Assembly (NCBI GenBank): GCA_965214095.1
Contig: OZ243938.1
Location: 1,312,001-1,376,000 of the forward strand
Direction: 5' to 3'
Length of the DNA stretch: 64,000 bases
DNA from: Candidatus Poribacteria bacterium
Lineage (GTDB): Bacteria; Poribacteria; WGA-4E; WGA-3G
The stretch's first letter is position 1, and each line of letters begins with the position of its first letter. The translations under genes were made by a program, and so were the position numbers. The notes beneath the pieces are model-generated. The model did no database searches. It worked only from the letters and a program-made list of their open reading frames with translations, and was not told the origin of the DNA. This document shows positions 29,210-37,406 of this stretch, piece after piece.

Positions 29210-30316
29210 ATGAAAAAACAAAGTATAAAGTATTACCTTCTTCTCTTAATTATTACAATATTACAATCAAGTTGTCATATATCCTATTTTGATAGACCAA
29301 GTAACTCGGATTTATTGAAGTTAAAAAACAGATATGCAATCAGCTTGAACTCTACTTGGAATGAAGAAAAAGCCGGTATTTTGTTAGCAACATTGGATTC
29401 TATCTACCAGAACGTTGATTACCAGAATAACACGCATCCTCCTTCCGTTTGGAGGATAAGTAGTGATGAAGTCCAAGATAACATCAAAATAGAAATCTTC
29501 AATAGTATAAAACTCGTCACTGTCAGTCAGGCTGTATTTGCAAGTGAAGACAGTGCATCTGAATTTGAAACAAAACAGAGGTTCTTTCGCGTTGTTGCTC
29601 AATTCATTACGGAAAATTGGACAAACAGAGATGCAGCAAAACTCATATTGAAAGATGGCACTGACAGAGATGCACTTGAATTGGTGCTGCAAGAAATGTA
29701 TGGACTACGTATAGTTCGCAAGGATACACCTGAATCAGAAAGAATAGCACAGAGATTACGAAAATATGTTGGCGAAGTGCATGTTACTGAATTTACCAAC
29801 CAAGAACTGATGAAACTCATGACAGTTTATGAAATATTTCCGAGAGGGTTAGACAAAATACCTAAAATGAAACACCTCCTTCGGAGAGATAAAGCACCTT
29901 ATGCTGGTTCCGCGTGGATTGTTGCAGATTGTATTGAGTATGATGCGCGAACATTTCGTGTAACAAATCAAAATGAATTCAAACGGATCATCATTCATGA
30001 AAAAGCACATTTTCTATGGGAATATGCTCTTAACGGAAAACTTAGAAAGGCATGGTCAGCACTGGGTGGATGGCATAAAGATCCTGAAAACAAAAGTAGA
30101 TGGCTAAAGTCAAAAGATCGTAATGAATTTGTAACAGACTATGCTTACGCTAAGAACCCGAATGAAGATTGGGCAGAAAGTGTTGCTTTCTATCTTTCGC
30201 GTCCGAATAAACTTCGCACTTGCTCAATTGAAAAATACGACTTTATAGACCGTGTCATGCAACAGTATCAAGAAGTTGGCGTTCCCTTCAAAAGATTGCA
30301 GCATATTGACTATTGA
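29210..30316 (+). CDS. Putative lipoprotein with zincin metallopeptidase motif
   Basis: Lipobox-like LQSSC, HEKAH (HExxH) and downstream FVTDYA..NPNEDWAES. Confidence 0.7.
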   Translation: MKKQSIKYYLLLLIITILQSSCHISYFDRPSNSDLLKLKNRYAISLNSTWNEEKAGILLATLDSIYQNVDYQNNTHPPSVWRISSDEVQDNIKIEIFNSIKLVTVSQAVFASEDSASEFETKQRFFRVVAQFITENWTNRDAAKLILKDGTDRDALELVLQEMYGLRIVRKDTPESERIAQRLRKYVGEVHVTEFTNQELMKLMTVYEIFPRGLDKIPKMKHLLRRDKAPYAGSAWIVADCIEYDARTFRVTNQNEFKRIIIHEKAHFLWEYALNGKLRKAWSALGGWHKDPENKSRWLKSKDRNEFVTDYAYAKNPNEDWAESVAFYLSRPNKLRTCSIEKYDFIDRVMQQYQEVGVPFKRLQHIDY

Positions 30317-30319
30317 TAC

Positions 30320-31696
30320 CTATAAAAGTTTTTGCTCCCACCACTCAAGATAATCGGCATCGCTTATATCAGGAGTAAGTCCACGTGATTCCATTCTCTC
30401 TCTAAATGACTCATCCATATTTTCATCCCAATAGGACTTTGTTTCATCTGACTCTGGCGTTTCTCCCATATCCCCTGTTGTTTGTGTCCAGGCATCCAGT
30501 TGATTGCTAAGGTCCTTTCGTATTTCACCATACTTCATATCATCTGCGAGGTTGTTGACTTCATAAGGATCGTTCTCCATGTCGTATAGTTCTTCATTAG
30601 GACGTGTCTGTGCAAGAAAATGTTGCTGTGCTTGTGTCAGTTCACCTTTCTCAGCTAAGATGTGTATCAATGTCCATAATGGATATTGAAGTTTCTTATA
30701 TCCATTGAATTGCATATACGGCAGTTCAGGATGATAGTTGCGGATAAGTTTATAGTCTTTTGTGCGGATACAACGGATGCGATCATCAGTGCCATCACAT
30801 CGGTCACGTGCAGCGAAGATAGCATCACGAGATGTCGCATTCTTTCCAAGAAAAACTTGTCCTTGAACGTAACTTGGAATGTCAATACCAGTTAGAGATA
30901 GTGATGTCGGCATAAAGTCAACGCCACTGACAAGTTCATCGCTGACAACGCCAGCATCAATATTATTTGGATGTCTTACAATTAGTGGAATGTGGATGCC
31001 ACCATCATACAAAAACTGTTTGCATCGGATATGCGCGCGCCCATGATCACTGATGAAGAAGACAATTGTGTTTTCTGAGAGTCCTTCATCATCCAAGCGA
31101 TTTAATATCCGCCCCACTTTCTTGTCCAATATTTGGATGCTTTCCAGATAAAGTGCCCAATCCTTTCGTATTAGCGGATGGTCAGGATAGTATGAAGGCA
31201 ATTCTACATCATCAGGATTTATAGGTCGTTCTGGATCCGGTTTGAAAACCCGATGTGTGTCGGGTATGTTGATTTGTGCATAGAAGGGTTGTCCCTCATC
31301 CCTTTCCTGCCAATCTATACCATCAAATGGGTTCTTACTCTGAAAGTTGAAATCGGTTTTACCGCGCTTGTTATAGGGAGGTCCAGGACTGTTACATGTG
31401 AAATAACCAGCTTCTCTGAAACAATCAGTAATTAGTTTCATATCTGAACGTAGTGGTTTATCACGATTACTGCGATGGTTATGTGCATCAAAGTGTGTTT
31501 GATATGTTCCCGTAATCAGTGCTGAACGGCTTGGAGAACAGACAGGACAAGTTACATACGCATTAGAAAACCGTGTTCCTTCTTCTGCGAGTCTATCTAT
31601 ATTCGGTGTTGCGACGGCAGGGGTTCCATAACATCCCAAGTCAGGTGAGAGATCTTCTCCGTATATCCACAGTACATTCGGTTGCGTTGTTGCCAA
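30320..31696 (-). CDS. Sulfatase (formylglycine-dependent, Cys type)
   Basis: PNVLWIYGEDL, CSPSRSALITG, SDHG, KQFLYDGG and EELYD..DPYEVNNLA. TTG start with AAGGAG SD. Confidence 0.93.
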   Translation of the reverse strand: MATTQPNVLWIYGEDLSPDLGCYGTPAVATPNIDRLAEEGTRFSNAYVTCPVCSPSRSALITGTYQTHFDAHNHRSNRDKPLRSDMKLITDCFREAGYFTCNSPGPPYNKRGKTDFNFQSKNPFDGIDWQERDEGQPFYAQINIPDTHRVFKPDPERPINPDDVELPSYYPDHPLIRKDWALYLESIQILDKKVGRILNRLDDEGLSENTIVFFISDHGRAHIRCKQFLYDGGIHIPLIVRHPNNIDAGVVSDELVSGVDFMPTSLSLTGIDIPSYVQGQVFLGKNATSRDAIFAARDRCDGTDDRIRCIRTKDYKLIRNYHPELPYMQFNGYKKLQYPLWTLIHILAEKGELTQAQQHFLAQTRPNEELYDMENDPYEVNNLADDMKYGEIRKDLSNQLDAWTQTTGDMGETPESDETKSYWDENMDESFRERMESRGLTPDISDADYLEWWEQKLL

Positions 31697-31722
31697 AACA
31701 ATCTCCTTAAAATATGTTATAG

Positions 31723-32610
31723 TTATTTGTTTCCGTTTAATCTGTCTACCACATAGCGTTCGCGAAAGAGTGTTTGCCGCATCGGAGGCATTTCCTCAAA
31801 CAATTTTGGATTCGGTTTATATACCCGTGCATATCCACTATCCACAGGACTATAAAGGTTGAAAATTGCTAATCTATCGTTGTCAGCATTTGTCCACGGA
31901 TTTGCGCTATGTGTCAATGCTTCTGTGAAAAACAGGAGTGAACCCGGTGGACATCCGTAAGTGCTCCATATATCCGATTCTGGATTCTGGATTTCAGCAG
32001 GTGCGGTATAAACTGATTTATGACTTCCTGTTACCAATAGCGTCCCACCTTGTCTGTATTTGACTTCGTTCAATTCCCATACGATACGGGTGTGAGGACT
32101 ATACCCTTTCCCTGGGAATGCGTTATAATAGTGTGCATCCCCTGGGAAGCGGAGCATACCGTTCCCGTTATGTGGACCAAATCCACCCATGTCTTGTGTG
32201 CGGTAAAATAGGTTTGTGCTCTCAACCGTATAACCGTAACAATCGCTACTGCTGACAGAAGGATGTGCTGTGAACTCATTGAGCAGTGAAACGACTAATG
32301 GATGGTCAATCAATTTCTGAAGTGGTCCACCAAGGGTGTTCCGTTCATGTTCTGGTATAGATTCAGGATCATGATGCAATCTGTTTGCGAAATCCTGCAT
32401 CTCCTTCAGTTCAATTCCGTTGATCACCTCTGGCATCAACAACCAACCGTGTGTGTCAAATTCGTATATCTGTTCAGGTGTCATTTCAGGTACAACCAAA
32501 CCATCTGAGTTGTGTGTAGGGAGTTCGCAGATATTTGTTGGTAGTAAAACATCAGTAGAAGTTCGCATAATGTAGTTCTCTGTTCCTTTTTTCAATCCTG
32601 TTAAATCCAC
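31723..32610 (-). CDS. PhyH-family Fe(II)/2-oxoglutarate oxygenase with HxG motif
   Basis: FDTHGWL, GPHNG, GGTLLVTGSHK, GSLLFFTEALTH and DRLAIFNLY. Confidence 0.85.
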   Translation of the reverse strand: MDLTGLKKGTENYIMRTSTDVLLPTNICELPTHNSDGLVVPEMTPEQIYEFDTHGWLLMPEVINGIELKEMQDFANRLHHDPESIPEHERNTLGGPLQKLIDHPLVVSLLNEFTAHPSVSSSDCYGYTVESTNLFYRTQDMGGFGPHNGNGMLRFPGDAHYYNAFPGKGYSPHTRIVWELNEVKYRQGGTLLVTGSHKSVYTAPAEIQNPESDIWSTYGCPPGSLLFFTEALTHSANPWTNADNDRLAIFNLYSPVDSGYARVYKPNPKLFEEMPPMRQTLFRERYVVDRLNGNK

Positions 32611-32614
32611 TTAA

Positions 32615-33547
32615 CTATATTTCTATGGGAAATGCAGAAGTGCGATTGCCAAAATCACCGTTGATTACATTTCCACCCGTATATACATCCCGAAATAGTG
32701 TTTGTCGTTTTTCAGGCATTGCCTCCAGAAGTTGCTGACTCGGCATCCAATTTGACCAACGGCTTGCAACAGTGTTATACAGATATGAGGCACGGATCCG
32801 AGTAGTCTCTGAATGATGTGACGCTGCTACGTCATACTTCTGTGAGATGGATTCAGTATAAAGGAAAAGTGATCCTTGTGGACATTCATAAGTTTCCCAT
32901 AGAGAAGAATCACCATCAATTATTGAGTCTGGTGGGGAATATGCTGCTTTGTGGCTGCCTGTTATGAAGCGAAAATTATTAGTTTCCGGTTTGACATTGG
33001 ATAATTCCCATATTGCTCTCGTTAACCCACTCCATCCACGTCCAGGCACACATCGGTAGATATGAGAATCTCCCGGTAATCGAAACAGACCGTTTCCTTT
33101 ATTATTTATAGTAGGTGTTTCCGATTCTTCATTCTCTGAACCGAAGTTAATATCTGTTTCTTCAAGTCGGAATCCATAACAATCGTCACTTGCCAAGGCT
33201 GGATACGCCAAAAACTCGTTCAGAAGTCCTACCACAATGGGGTGATCTACAAGTTTTTGTAAAGGACCGCCAAGTCCACAACGTTCAGGTCCTGCTATGC
33301 TATCTGGTTCAGAATTCAGACGTTCACAGAATTCATACATTTCCTGAATATCTTCGTTAGATAAGACATTTGGAATTAATAACCATCCTTTGCGATCAAA
33401 ATCATATTTCTGTTTTTGTGTTGGAATGACGACAAGCTCACCATCTGCATTCGTGCTTGTCAAATCTTCTGGTTCTACTTCTAAAGCACTGCCAAGATTT
33501 TTGTTAACAACAAAAGGTTTCTTTGTTGCAAGTTCTCTGTATGCCAT
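32615..33547 (-). CDS. PhyH-family paralogue lacking the metal-binding histidines
   Basis: Colinear with its neighbour (FDRKGWL, LGGPLQKLVDHP, DCYGF, GSHK, GSLFLYTE, RQTLFR), but PHNG is replaced by NNKG and LTH by ISQ. Confidence 0.8.
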   Translation of the reverse strand: MAYRELATKKPFVVNKNLGSALEVEPEDLTSTNADGELVVIPTQKQKYDFDRKGWLLIPNVLSNEDIQEMYEFCERLNSEPDSIAGPERCGLGGPLQKLVDHPIVVGLLNEFLAYPALASDDCYGFRLEETDINFGSENEESETPTINNKGNGLFRLPGDSHIYRCVPGRGWSGLTRAIWELSNVKPETNNFRFITGSHKAAYSPPDSIIDGDSSLWETYECPQGSLFLYTESISQKYDVAASHHSETTRIRASYLYNTVASRWSNWMPSQQLLEAMPEKRQTLFRDVYTGGNVINGDFGNRTSAFPIEI

Positions 33548-33752
33548 GAGAGTCCTTTCTATAGGTATGGAATAATGGTATGAGTCTATCATGAAATTGA
33601 TAATATGTAAAGAAACCAGATTTTTTGATAATGATAGACGATCATCTAGAAATGGTATAACAAATGAATAGCTCTGTATCAATAGGCGAATTATATTGAT
33701 AGTTCTACTCAATTATGAGAGAATACATTAGATTTATTATTCAAGGAAAAAT

Positions 33753-35090
33753 ATGAAAAACGACAAAAGAACAATCTTCGGTTGGTGTATGTATGATTTA
33801 GCAAATTCAGCATACATTACGACTGTAGGTGCAGCATTGCTTCCAATCTATTTTAGAGAAGGTATCGTTGGAGATAGTGGTGTAGATATATTTGGACTTA
33901 CTGTCAGTGCAACAGCAATGTGGGGGTTTATGTTGGGATTTTCCGCATTGCTTGTTTTTCTTTTTGCTCCTGTGCTTGGTTCTATAGCGGATTTCTCTGC
34001 TGCGAAGAAGAAGTTTCTGATAAGTTTTGCATATTTTGGGAGTCTGTTTGCTACTTTACTCTTCTTTTGTGGACCAGGTGATGCAGGCAAATCAGGTGAT
34101 GTATGGTTCACAGTAATCTTATACATTTGCACGCAAGTTTGCTTTGTTGGTGCAAACGTGTTCTATGATGCTTTTTTGCCACACATTGCATCAGAGGACA
34201 AAATGGATTCGGTTTCAGCGAAAGGTTATGCTTACGGGTATGTCGGAGGTTCTATACAATTTGGAATCGCACTTGCGTTGGTTTCCTTACACGAGAGAAT
34301 TGGGATTGATCAAGTACTTGCAGTACGTATTGGCATGGCGATGACAGGAATTTGGTGGGCAGGATGGACACTCTTTACTGTTAAATACTTAAAAGAAGTG
34401 AAGAGTGATGAGAAATTACCTGAGAAATATAGTAAAATGCCTAAACTTTTTGCATATTTGTCGCTCGGCATTGATCGTACTATCAATACAGTAAGAAAAA
34501 TAGGAAACTTTAGGCAGCTTACCATCTTCGTCATTGCTTATATGGCATATAACGATGGTGCGCATACTGTTACGAGCATGGCGGCAATATATGGTAAGGA
34601 TGAATTAGGACTTGGCACGACAGATCTAATGGTTACACTTCTACTTGTTCAAGTCGTTGCAATTGGTGGGGCATTGGTATTCAGCAGAATTGCAAATCGG
34701 ATTGGTGCCAGACGTGCAGTGATGATTTCTTTAGTTCTATGGAGTGGGGTTGTGATTTATGCGTATTTTATTCAAACTGTAACAGAGTTCTTTGTTTTAG
34801 GCATGATCGTAGGGGTTGTGCTTGGCGGAACACAGGCACTGAGTCGTTCTTTCTATGGTGCTATGATACCTGAAAATGCGAGTGCAGAATTCTATGGTTT
34901 CTTTTCTGTCTTTAGTAAGTTTTCTGCTATTTGGGGACCATTCATATTTGGTTTCATTAAACAGGCAACTGGTCAAGCAAGGCTTGCTATTATCTCGTTG
35001 ATTGTTTTCTTTATCGTTGGATTTATTCTACTTGCATTTGTCAATGATGAGAAGGCGAAAGTAGAGAAATTGGCTTATGAGAGTTTGTAA
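33753..35090 (+). CDS. MFS transporter (UMF1/Atg22-like)
   Basis: WCMYDLANSAY, APVLGSIAD, NVFYDAFLP, GYAYGYVGG, GGTQALSRS and EFYGFF. Confidence 0.9.
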   Translation: MKNDKRTIFGWCMYDLANSAYITTVGAALLPIYFREGIVGDSGVDIFGLTVSATAMWGFMLGFSALLVFLFAPVLGSIADFSAAKKKFLISFAYFGSLFATLLFFCGPGDAGKSGDVWFTVILYICTQVCFVGANVFYDAFLPHIASEDKMDSVSAKGYAYGYVGGSIQFGIALALVSLHERIGIDQVLAVRIGMAMTGIWWAGWTLFTVKYLKEVKSDEKLPEKYSKMPKLFAYLSLGIDRTINTVRKIGNFRQLTIFVIAYMAYNDGAHTVTSMAAIYGKDELGLGTTDLMVTLLLVQVVAIGGALVFSRIANRIGARRAVMISLVLWSGVVIYAYFIQTVTEFFVLGMIVGVVLGGTQALSRSFYGAMIPENASAEFYGFFSVFSKFSAIWGPFIFGFIKQATGQARLAIISLIVFFIVGFILLAFVNDEKAKVEKLAYESL

Positions 35091-35209
35091 ATTCTGGATA
35101 TGTCGTAACTGAACATTCCAACTTTCAAATCTCATCTTGCTGCAATATAGGGTATTTAGTTTAAGAATTTTCCAAAATAGAGATTTACATAAAGTTAATC
35201 CCCATGACA

Positions 35210-35433
35210 GTAGGTGCGGTTTCCTAACCAATTCAGCGGACCTCACGCGTATGCTGACGACCATCTCAAGGAAATTACCTGAATTATTTGTTAATCTTCA
35301 TGTAAGCGCGCTGGACTTTGATCTCAAATTACCCAATTTATTTCTTAATCTTCATTAAGGACAATATGTTTATAGATTACAGTTGACCACTGTGGCTTTA
35401 GTCCCGTATGAAGATTAATAAATTAATCTTCAT
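35210..35433. repeat. Cluster of degenerate repeats between the MFS and rpn genes
   Basis: Truncated REP at 35210-35229, two ~30-nt direct copies ending TTAATCTTCAT (35301, 35355), and the perfect palindrome ATGAAGATTAAT-AA-ATTAATCTTCAT at 35408-35433. Confidence 0.6.
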
Positions 35434-35449
35434 CTCCCAACCCACGAGA

Positions 35450-35719
35450 CTACTTACCATTACTTGAAAAATCAATATCATCAAACGTCTTTGCCGTGAG
35501 GATCTGATCAAACAACGCATCAAGCTGCGATCGCTCCTGTATCTCGTGTATCGCTGCAACAAAAGTCTCTGACACATCGGGAAACTGATATGTCAATAAC
35601 TTGATGACCGCAGCCCGTTTCGCACCGGTTTCACCTTGTTCTATCCCTTGTTCTATCCCTTGCGCTTTGCCCTGTGCAATTCCTTTTTCCATCATCACAT
35701 CTGCCATTGACCTTGCCAT
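35450..35719 (-). CDS. Putative intragenic RpnS antitoxin (in-frame internal start, 89 aa)
   Basis: GGAGGT-AGAACTG-ATG inside rpn, giving MARSMADVMMEKGIAQG... Confidence 0.6.
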   Translation of the reverse strand: MARSMADVMMEKGIAQGKAQGIEQGIEQGETGAKRAAVIKLLTYQFPDVSETFVAAIHEIQERSQLDALFDQILTAKTFDDIDFSSNGK

Positions 35720-36547
35720 CAGTTCTACCTCCACTTCACCTGAATACTGATTCACTAAATCTATCAACTCATCGTGTTCTTCAGACGGACGACGACTTAC
35801 GATCAATAATACAAAATAATGTAACGCTCGTAACCTATGTTCCGCCTGTTCCGGTCCCAATGTATTGAGATGTTCAATCGCTTCTATTAATGCTTTTTTG
35901 ATGGTCTCCTTATCCGCTTTCTCATTATGTAGAACCGCGAGTAACCACCCAAACGGATGATCTGTTTTCGTGAGTTCCGCAGTATCTGTTCCCTTCACAT
36001 TTAGAAAGAGTGTCTCAAAAGTAGGAACAAACCGAATCAACACATCCGGTATATCCATGATCGTAGTCACAGATAATGGCACCTGCCACCTTCTATCTCC
36101 ACTATAGAACACAATGGGGAGTATCGGACGCAATCGCCATTCACTTTTCGGCACGTCATTCCGCACCCATTCTTGCCGTTGGGTATCCCAGATATTCATC
36201 ATATAAGACAGCAAACGGAAACCCATTGATATATCTACCGTTGATTGATGCTCTATCAGGATATAAATCAGGAGTTCATCTGTTTCAGAACCGTTTTTGA
36301 AAGGCACACTGAAAATCAGATCCGACTCCTGCTCCTCCAACTTATTTGATAGGAAACTCCTGTTTTGAAGTTCAAGACGACTGAAGTCAATCATCTCTAC
36401 CAACTCATCCGCGAGGATTTCAACAAGGCACTCCACATTCTCCTTGTCCTCTAACAACCAGCGCGTGCTTTTGTCTGGAAAATGTGTCAGTATAGATCTA
36501 TAGAACTCTCGCCGTTCCTGCTCTTTGGATGTTATTCCTTCTGGCAT
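35450..36547 (-). CDS. Rpn/YhgA-like PD-(D/E)XK nuclease
   Basis: HFPDKSTRWLL, ESDLIFSV, IYILIEHQS, MGFRLLSYM, PILPIVFYSG and C-terminal GIEQG repeats. AGGAG SD before 36547. Confidence 0.9.
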   Translation of the reverse strand: MPEGITSKEQERREFYRSILTHFPDKSTRWLLEDKENVECLVEILADELVEMIDFSRLELQNRSFLSNKLEEQESDLIFSVPFKNGSETDELLIYILIEHQSTVDISMGFRLLSYMMNIWDTQRQEWVRNDVPKSEWRLRPILPIVFYSGDRRWQVPLSVTTIMDIPDVLIRFVPTFETLFLNVKGTDTAELTKTDHPFGWLLAVLHNEKADKETIKKALIEAIEHLNTLGPEQAEHRLRALHYFVLLIVSRRPSEEHDELIDLVNQYSGEVEVELMARSMADVMMEKGIAQGKAQGIEQGIEQGETGAKRAAVIKLLTYQFPDVSETFVAAIHEIQERSQLDALFDQILTAKTFDDIDFSSNGK

Positions 36548-36682
36548 ACTCGCTCCTACGGATAATCTGCATATAGGATAGCATAAAGCCGGTACTATTG
36601 CAATATAAACCGTTAAGAGAACAATCAGAATAGCAGAAGAATACAAAAAAGAAAAACTGTCATGCCACTTACTACAACCCTC

Positions 36683-36740
36683 TTATCCTGTTAATCCTAT
36701 AATCCTATAATCCTATAATCCTATAATCCTGGTTCAGACA
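36683..36740. repeat. AATCCTAT tandem array ending in AATCCTGGTTCAGACAA (solo end of the 49389-49533 element family)
   Basis: Four tandem AATCCTAT units followed by a 17-mer identical to the end of the element at 49517-49533. Confidence 0.7.
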
Positions 36741-36744
36741 ATAA

Positions 36745-36919
36745 TCCGCCAACTTTTTTCGTGCTGGTGGGTGTCCTATAAGTGTCGTGCGCGTCTATTG
36801 ATATTAACAACCTTTACATTTGTAGCGTTGATTTTCGTTCATGTAGAATACCAAACGTGCATTCTGCCGAATCCATTCTTCACAAAGAGCGGACTATCGT
36901 ATCTTGAACAACTATTCAC
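36745..36919 (-). pseudogene. IS1-family (InsA-like zinc-ribbon) transposase remnant
   Basis: Reads MNSCSRYDSPLFVKNGF-[26-nt insertion]-MNENQRYKCKGC*YQ*TRTTLIGHPPARKKLA, matching the CPxCxS..VKNG...QRYKCKxC pattern. Confidence 0.65.
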
Positions 36920-37061
36920 GGAATCCTTCAAGTCGTAGTAGTTTTCTTTTAAATGTTATAACAATTGAAGTGCCAACCAGAACATTCAATATATCCCATT
37001 TTACAATACAATAAAAGTCATGTTAAACTAATATAACATAATAATATAATATCAAATTATA

Positions 37062-37090
37062 TTGACTTTATTATGACTACTTGTTATAAT
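37062..37090 (+). promoter_or_regulatory. Putative sigma70 promoter
   Basis: TTGACT-17 nt-TATAAT with TGn, behind an AT-rich UP-like tract. Confidence 0.65.
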
Positions 37091-37098
37091 TGTCTTAA

Positions 37099-37189
37099 TC
37101 CAAGTTGCTACTTACAAGATTTTTGACACAGATATACCGTTTCTAATAGAGAAACGCTGAATATTCACAAAGTATTGTAGCAACTTAGG
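37099..37189. repeat. Long inverted repeat (MITE-like or structured leader)
   Basis: CCAAGTTGCTAC ... GTAGCAACTTAGG enclosing the inner hairpin CGTTTCT-AATAG-AGAAACG. Confidence 0.55.
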
Positions 37190-37406
37190 TACTATGGAGC
37201 AATTAGGAAATCGATCCTACGGAATGTAGGTGGGCAAAGAATATCGCGAATGCAAACGCGGGAAATTGACGTTAGAAACTCACCAACAATAGAACGTCTT
37301 CCAACATCAGAGTAACTCAGTCTTCAGAGCAACTCAGCTTTCTGTATTTATCTCGATAAGTTTGAGTGCTTGATCTAGATGAACTTCAAATAAATAAGAG
37401 GAATTG

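Noticed and set aside
37230-37340. Possible c-di-GMP-I riboswitch (GCAAA...GGAAA words)
   Set aside because: The required P2/P3 stems and tetraloop-receptor arrangement could not be built.
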